Program-made: the position numbers and the translations under genes
Origin: Solirubrobacterales bacterium
Lineage (GTDB): Bacteria > Actinomycetota > Thermoleophilia > Solirubrobacterales > 70-9
Assembly (NCBI GenBank): GCA_035701465.1
Contig: DASSMU010000238.1
Span: 1 to 47,978, forward strand
Length of the DNA stretch: 47,978 bases
Direction: 5' to 3'
Shown: in pieces, positions 42,922-47,978 of the stretch
Layout of the letters: the number at the start of each line of letters is the position of its first letter
Position numbering within the stretch: the stretch's first letter is position 1
Notes under the pieces: model-generated
The model's database searches: none
Seen by the model: the letters and a program-made list of their open reading frames with translations, nothing else
Told to the model about the DNA's origin: nothing

Positions 42922-43977
42922 CTACCCGCCGGCGAGGCGCTCCAAGCGGCGCAAGCCCCGATTTACGCGCAAAACCGCCGGCTCGGCCAGGGGCTCGCCC
43001 TGCCGCACGGCGGCGACGAGACCTGCCCCGGCGACCAGGTCGGTGACGTAGTGCTCGCCCAGGTAGACCAGGGCGAAGCCGAGCGTCAGCGCGTAGCTCC
43101 AACCTAGAGCGCCCTCGACCCGCCCCGCTTCGGAGAGCGAGATCGCCGCCATGGTTGAGGTGGCGAAGTGCAGCGAGGGCATTGCCGCCCAGGGGTTGCC
43201 ACCCAGCGCCCCGTACATCGCCGGCCAGGCCGAGCGCCAGGTCTCCTCGCCGACGCCGACCATGATCCGCCGCACCTCCTCCTCGGTCAGCCCCTGCTCC
43301 GACGCCCACCACGGCGGCGCGGTCGGCACGGCGAAGTAACCGGCGCAGCCAATATCGAAGACCGCGGCGAGTTGGCGGGCGGCGCGCGGGAAGCGCTCCG
43401 GGTGGCGCAGCAGGATCCAGATCAAGGCGAGGTAGGGCTCGAAAAACCAGAGCCAGTGGACCCAGGTGAGGAAGCGGTCGACCGTGACGACGCGGGGCAG
43501 GCGCGCGAGTGCCCGCTGGAGGCGGGCGTTGGGCAGGCGGCCGAGGCCGATCGCGCGGTCGGCGACGATCGGGTAGCGCGTGCGCAGGCGCCGCTGCAGG
43601 CGCTCCGGGTCGTCATAAGGAAGCTCGTGAACCATCGTGAATGCCCACATCTGCATCGCGTAGAGGGCGACGTCGCGTTTACGCGAGCGCGGGAAGAGCA
43701 CGGCGACCGCGAGCGGCCCCGCCGCGCAGGCGACGACGGTCACCGGTGCCGGCACCCGCAGGCGGCGGCGCAGCAGGGGAACGGCCACCGCGGCGGCGAC
43801 TGCGCCCGCCGCTCCGGCCCGTACCGCCAGGCGAAGCGCCGGAGATGGCCGCGAGCGCTTCCTCATCAGGTCGGCGAGTATAGGTCGGCGGTCGGGACAC
43901 GAGCCCGGCGGCGCGCCGCCTGAATGACTGCCTTCGTGATTAGAATGGCCGCGCTTTGGCGCCCAAGGACTCATCAC
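42922..43977 (-). CDS. PAP2-superfamily membrane protein
   Basis: MPSLHFATS and YLGEHYVTDLVAG resemble PAP2 motifs C2/C3. The likely start is the ATG at 43866 (MRKRSRPSPA...) rather than 43977. Confidence 0.55.
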   Translation of the reverse strand: MMSPWAPKRGHSNHEGSHSGGAPPGSCPDRRPILADLMRKRSRPSPALRLAVRAGAAGAVAAAVAVPLLRRRLRVPAPVTVVACAAGPLAVAVLFPRSRKRDVALYAMQMWAFTMVHELPYDDPERLQRRLRTRYPIVADRAIGLGRLPNARLQRALARLPRVVTVDRFLTWVHWLWFFEPYLALIWILLRHPERFPRAARQLAAVFDIGCAGYFAVPTAPPWWASEQGLTEEEVRRIMVGVGEETWRSAWPAMYGALGGNPWAAMPSLHFATSTMAAISLSEAGRVEGALGWSYALTLGFALVYLGEHYVTDLVAGAGLVAAVRQGEPLAEPAVLRVNRGLRRLERLAGG

Positions 43978-44116
43978 GATGCCCCGCGTGTGCGACTGGC
44001 GAGCGCCGGACCAAGCGGGGCAAGGACGCAGGGAGGCCGAATAGCAGCGCTATTTGGCCGACTGAGGACGCGGCAACGCGCCGGTCCGCCGCCGCCAGTC
44101 GTGCGCGGGGGGCCTC

Positions 44117-44818
44117 GTGATGAGTCCCCATTCTCCTGGCACCGACCAGATCGACACGCTGCTTTGGATCGGCTTCGTCGCCGCGACGATCGTCATCGTC
44201 GCGATCAACGGCGCCCTGATCTACGCCGTGCGCCGCTACCGCGGCGGCCGCGGGTCCGAGCCACGCCAGGTTCGCGGCGGGCGCCGCACTCAGTTCCGGG
44301 CCGCCGCCGGGCTCACCGTCTTCGCCGCGGCGATCCTCGTCGTCAGCCTCGTCTATACCGGCAAGGCGCGCGAGACGCCCGCCACTGGCCCCGCCGGCCT
44401 CGCCTCGGCCCGCTCCCAGCCGCTGAAGATCGAAACGACCGGCCAGCAGTGGCTGTGGCGCTACGAATATCCCAACGAAGCCTTCTCCTACTACAAGCTC
44501 GTCGTCCCGGTCGACACCACGGTCGAACTCGACCTGGTCTCCACCGACGTGATCCACACCTGGGACGTGCCGCAACTCGCCGGCAAGCGCGACGCCGTTC
44601 CCGGCAAGACCAACCACGTCGTCTTCCGCGCCGATGAAGTCGGCGTCTACCGCGGACAGTCGGCGACTTTCTCGGGCCAGGCATACGGCGCGATGCGGAC
44701 CGAGGTCGACGTGGTCTCCCCTCAGGAATACGAAGAATTCGTCAAACGCCAGAAGGCTGACATCCAGGCCGCCCAGGACCGCGTCGTGGGCCTGATCGAA
44801 AACGGAGAAGTGCCATGA
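44117..44818 (+). CDS. Heme-copper oxidase subunit II-like protein lacking CuA cysteines
   Basis: QQWLWRYEYP and STDVIHTWDVPQLAGKRDAVPG follow the COX2 layout, but the CuA loop reads GQSATFSGQAYGAM. Confidence 0.75.
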   Translation: MMSPHSPGTDQIDTLLWIGFVAATIVIVAINGALIYAVRRYRGGRGSEPRQVRGGRRTQFRAAAGLTVFAAAILVVSLVYTGKARETPATGPAGLASARSQPLKIETTGQQWLWRYEYPNEAFSYYKLVVPVDTTVELDLVSTDVIHTWDVPQLAGKRDAVPGKTNHVVFRADEVGVYRGQSATFSGQAYGAMRTEVDVVSPQEYEEFVKRQKADIQAAQDRVVGLIENGEVP

Positions 44819-46491
44819 GCGCTGCGCCCGAGGTAGTCGTCGACGGCTTCCCCCGCCGCCGGCCGCGCTGGATCGAGATCGCCACCAGCGCCGACCACAA
44901 GGACGTCGGCCGGGTGATGATCGTCGGCGCGCTCGGCTTTCTCTTCATCGCGGTGGTCGAGTTGCTGCTGATGCGCCTGCAACTGGCGGTGCCGGAAAAC
45001 TCGCTGCTCACCCCGGTCACCTTCAACCGCATGCTCTCACTCTACGGAGCGACGGCGATCTTCCTCTTTGCGATCCCGCTGGTGCTCGGCCTCTTCTACT
45101 ACCTGGCACCGCTGCAGGTGGGCGCGCAGGGCACGGCGCTGCCGCGGCTCGGCCAGATCGGCCTCTGGCTCTACATCGCCGGGGCGACCGTGCTCTACGC
45201 CGGCTTCCTCTTCACCCCGTCGGAGGCCGGCGTCAACCCCCTGGCCCCCCTCTCCGGGCTCGCCTTTCTGCCCAACAACGGCGTCGACGCCTGGGCGGCC
45301 TCCAGCGGCCTGGCCACCCTTGGCTTCGTCCTCGTCGCGATCAACCTCGTCGCCACGCTGCGACGCATGCGCGCTCCCGGGATGGCCTGGCGCCGGGTTC
45401 CCGTCTTCGCCTGGGCAGCGGCGATCTGCTCTTGGCTGATGCTGGTGATCGGCCCGGTGATGCTGGCGGCGATCTCGATGCTGCTGATCGACCGCAACTT
45501 CGACGGCATCTTCTTCGCCGACGGCTCCGGCGGCGCGCCGCTGCTCTGGGAGCACCTGAGCTGGATCTTCTTCACCGGCACCTACATGCTGATCCTGATC
45601 GCCGCCCTCGGCGCGATCGCCGAGATCGTCCCGGTCTTCTCGCGCAAGCCGCTCTTCAACCGCGGCGCCGTGACCGGCTCCATGGTCGCGATCGCCGTGA
45701 TCGGCACCCTCGCCTGGATGCAGAACATGCTGACCTCGCCGATCGGAATCGGCTGGATGTACTTCGCGATGACGATGTCGCTGGCGCTGATCGTCCCCTT
45801 CGGCCTCGTCATCTTCAACCTGATCGCGACGATGATCGGCGGCGCCCTGCGGATGCGCGCGCCGCTGCTCTTCTCCCTCGGCGCGATCTCGGCGATCTCG
45901 ATCGGCCTCGGCTCCGAGATCTCTCACTCGATGGTCGCGGTCGCCTGGCGCCTGCACAACACCACCGACGCCACCGCGGCGACCCACTTCGCCTTGATCG
46001 GAGGCAGCGTCTTCGGCGGCTTCGCCGCCCTTTACTACTGGTTCCCGAAGCTGACCGGCCGAACCATGGGCGAGACGCTGGCGCGCTTCTCCTTCTGGAC
46101 GATGGCGATCGGCATCCTGGTCGCCTTCGTACCGCTCTTCCTCGCCGGCACCGACCACGGCCAGGTCGTCGACGCCTACAAGTTCTTCGCCGGCACCGGC
46201 GTCAGCGCCGAGAACCTGATCTCGACGATCGGCGCCTTCGTCCTCGCGATCGGGATCCTGCTGACCCTGGTCAACGCGATCGCCAGCCGGACCAACGGGG
46301 CGCGGGCCGGGCACGACCAGTGGGGCGGCGACTCGCTCGAGTGGTTCGCGCTCTCGCCGCCCGAGCCGCACAACTTCGACCTGCCGCCAGACGTGCGCAG
46401 CGACCGGCCGATGCGCGACATCCGCGAGGCGATCGCCAACCGCACCCGCCGCGATGAAGAGGCGGCCCGCGAAACACAGCCGGTAGCCTGA
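44815..46491 (+). CDS. Heme-copper oxidase subunit I-like protein with most cofactor and proton-channel residues substituted
   Basis: Conserved blocks MRAPGM, PVFSRKP, YWFPKLTGR, GDSLEW and PPEPHNF identify COX1. Ligand positions are altered (details in findings). Confidence 0.8.
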   Translation: MSAAPEVVVDGFPRRRPRWIEIATSADHKDVGRVMIVGALGFLFIAVVELLLMRLQLAVPENSLLTPVTFNRMLSLYGATAIFLFAIPLVLGLFYYLAPLQVGAQGTALPRLGQIGLWLYIAGATVLYAGFLFTPSEAGVNPLAPLSGLAFLPNNGVDAWAASSGLATLGFVLVAINLVATLRRMRAPGMAWRRVPVFAWAAAICSWLMLVIGPVMLAAISMLLIDRNFDGIFFADGSGGAPLLWEHLSWIFFTGTYMLILIAALGAIAEIVPVFSRKPLFNRGAVTGSMVAIAVIGTLAWMQNMLTSPIGIGWMYFAMTMSLALIVPFGLVIFNLIATMIGGALRMRAPLLFSLGAISAISIGLGSEISHSMVAVAWRLHNTTDATAATHFALIGGSVFGGFAALYYWFPKLTGRTMGETLARFSFWTMAIGILVAFVPLFLAGTDHGQVVDAYKFFAGTGVSAENLISTIGAFVLAIGILLTLVNAIASRTNGARAGHDQWGGDSLEWFALSPPEPHNFDLPPDVRSDRPMRDIREAIANRTRRDEEAARETQPVA

Positions 46492-46496
46492 CGCCC

Positions 46497-47396
46497 GTGA
46501 GCGGCGCCGAAACCGCTGTAGTCGCACAGCGCACCCCCGCCTTCGTCGCGGTCCTCCGCGACTACGTCACCCTGACCAAGCCGAAGGTGCAGTCGCTGCT
46601 GCTGCTGACCACGATCACGACGATGTACGTGGCCGGCGACCCCTCGGTCGTACTCGTCTTCCTCGTCTGCCTCGGCGGAGCGCTCTCGGCGGGCGGCGCC
46701 GGGGCGATCAACCACGCGATCGACCGCGACATCGACCGGATCATGGCCCGCACCGCCGACCGGCCCGTGGCCAGCGGCCGGGTCTCCCCCCGGGCCGCCG
46801 TCGCCTTCGGCGCCCTGCTCGGCTGCACGTCCTTCACCCTGCTGGCGCTCGCGGTCAACCCTCTGGCCGCGGCGCTCTCGATCTCCGGCCTGTTCGGCTA
46901 CGTCTTCGTCTACACGCTCTGGCTCAAGCGGACGACGCCCCAGAACATCGTGATCGGCGGCGCCGCCGGCGCCGTGCCGCCGCTGGTCGCCTGGGCGGCG
47001 GTGACGGGCGGAGTCAGCGGCACGGCCCTCTTCCTCTTCGCGATCGTCTTCTTCTGGACGCCGCCGCACTTCTGGGCGCTGTCGCTGCTGATGGAGGACG
47101 AGTACGCGAGGGCCGAAATCCCGATGCTCCCGGTGGTGAGAGGGGCCGCGGAGACGAGACGCCAGATCCTCCTCTACACGATCCTGCTCTACGCGGTGAC
47201 GCAGTTGCCCTTCTGCGCCGGCGGCTTCGGGGTCGAGTACCTGATCGCCTCGATGACACTCGGCGCCGGCTTCATCTACTGCGCCGTGCGCCTGCTGCGA
47301 AGCGCCGACCGCCGCTGGGCGCTGCGCACCTACCTCTTCTCGCTCGCCTACCTGGCGCTGCTCTTCGTCTCGATGCCGCTCGACCGGTTGTTCTAG
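46497..47396 (+). CDS. ctaB: Protoheme IX farnesyltransferase (heme O synthase)
   Basis: INHAIDRDIDRIMARTADRPVASG, YTLWLKRTTPQNIVIGG and FFWTPPHFWAL. Confidence 0.9.
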   Translation: MSGAETAVVAQRTPAFVAVLRDYVTLTKPKVQSLLLLTTITTMYVAGDPSVVLVFLVCLGGALSAGGAGAINHAIDRDIDRIMARTADRPVASGRVSPRAAVAFGALLGCTSFTLLALAVNPLAAALSISGLFGYVFVYTLWLKRTTPQNIVIGGAAGAVPPLVAWAAVTGGVSGTALFLFAIVFFWTPPHFWALSLLMEDEYARAEIPMLPVVRGAAETRRQILLYTILLYAVTQLPFCAGGFGVEYLIASMTLGAGFIYCAVRLLRSADRRWALRTYLFSLAYLALLFVSMPLDRLF

Positions 47397-47436
47397 TAGA
47401 AATCCGGGCGTGGATCGCGAGGCCGCAAGAGCGAAC

Positions 47437-47523
47437 ATGGCCGCCGGGCTGACCGCCGGCGGCATCGCCGCGGCCGTCTTCGCGCTCTGCTTCGTGGCGG
47501 CGATGCTCTACATCGCCTCGTGA
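47437..47523 (+). CDS. Possible 28-aa hydrophobic peptide
   Basis: Not in the ORF track. Reads MAAGLTAGGIAAAVFALCFVAAMLYIAS. Its TGA overlaps the GTG of the next ORF. Confidence 0.3.
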   Translation: MAAGLTAGGIAAAVFALCFVAAMLYIAS

Positions 47524-47813
47524 GCGCGGAACACCGCCACATCCCCGAGCCGGGAGAGCTCGTCTACCTACCGCGCTCCTCCTGGGCACCCGTGGTCTTC
47601 GGCTTCGCCCTGGCCCTGACCGTCTGCGGCATCTTCGCCGAGGGATTCATGGTCCGCGGCTGGATCTACTCGATCATCGGCGGCGTAGTAGCCCTCTTCG
47701 CCATGCGCTCAATGATCAAGGACGCGGTTCGCAGCTACTACAAGCTCCCGCGCAAGCAGAACGTCCGCGGAGCTGTGCTGCCGGTCGAACAGATCTCTCC
47801 GCCGCAGCCCTGA
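47520..47813 (+). CDS. Small 2-TM membrane protein downstream of ctaB
   Basis: ORF 47520..47813. TM segments WAPVVFGFALALTVCGIF and WIYSIIGGVVALFAM. No family recognised. Confidence 0.5.
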   Translation: MSAEHRHIPEPGELVYLPRSSWAPVVFGFALALTVCGIFAEGFMVRGWIYSIIGGVVALFAMRSMIKDAVRSYYKLPRKQNVRGAVLPVEQISPPQP

Positions 47814-47978
47814 GAGCCCATCCCGGCAGGGGTTCCGCTTAACTTTTTGGGTCTTGCGAAATAACCGGGGAATGAGACCCGGATAGAAGACATCCGCTGC
47901 CCTCAGAAGGCTCTGCGTGGTTCTAAAACGCGGAGTCAGGAGGAACAGCGGATGCAAGATCACGTTAGCCGCCTCGTC

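Overview
This is a high-G+C, actinobacterium-like chromosomal segment, with about 65-75% G+C in 60-nt lines I counted by hand. It is densely packed with about 60 supported CDS and two tRNAs: tRNA-Arg(UCU) and tRNA-Pro(UGG). Most long alternative-frame ORFs in the track are Arg/Pro/Gly-rich shadow ORFs. Recognisable housekeeping content: a sterol-desaturase-family hydroxylase, a GH114 polygalactosaminidase, a ZIP metal transporter, and an OmpR-type two-component system bracketed by two DUF347/COG4705 membrane paralogs. Also msrA, a DUF1015 / PduO adenosyltransferase / OsmC / SDR / Nudix run, a rhodanese, and a thiolase + acyl-CoA dehydrogenase + crotonase + 3-hydroxyacyl-CoA dehydrogenase cluster. 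Further on are a GGDEF/HD-GYP protein, greA, a PAP2 / LPG-synthase-TM / trxB operon, and a cytochrome-oxidase-like locus with ctaB. Accessory content: four type II TA-like modules (2x Phd-VapC, RHH-MazF, DUF4258-DUF2283) and two islets of about 47-57% G+C. The best candidates for something new are: (1) a DUF262 + RelA/SpoT-type pyrophosphokinase two-gene operon on a low-GC islet inside a TA-rich locus (38663-40718); (2) a YbaK-like deacylase-domain protein + 2-TM protein pair that splits the beta-oxidation cluster (27396-28697); (3) a full-length heme-copper oxidase subunit I/II pair in which nearly all heme, CuA, CuB and proton-channel residues are substituted (44117-46491); (4) a 9-mer, CTCTCATCY-N4-TTNA, recurring in sense orientation upstream of four genes around the two-component system. 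All functional calls rest on motif recognition by eye and from memory. No database search was run.
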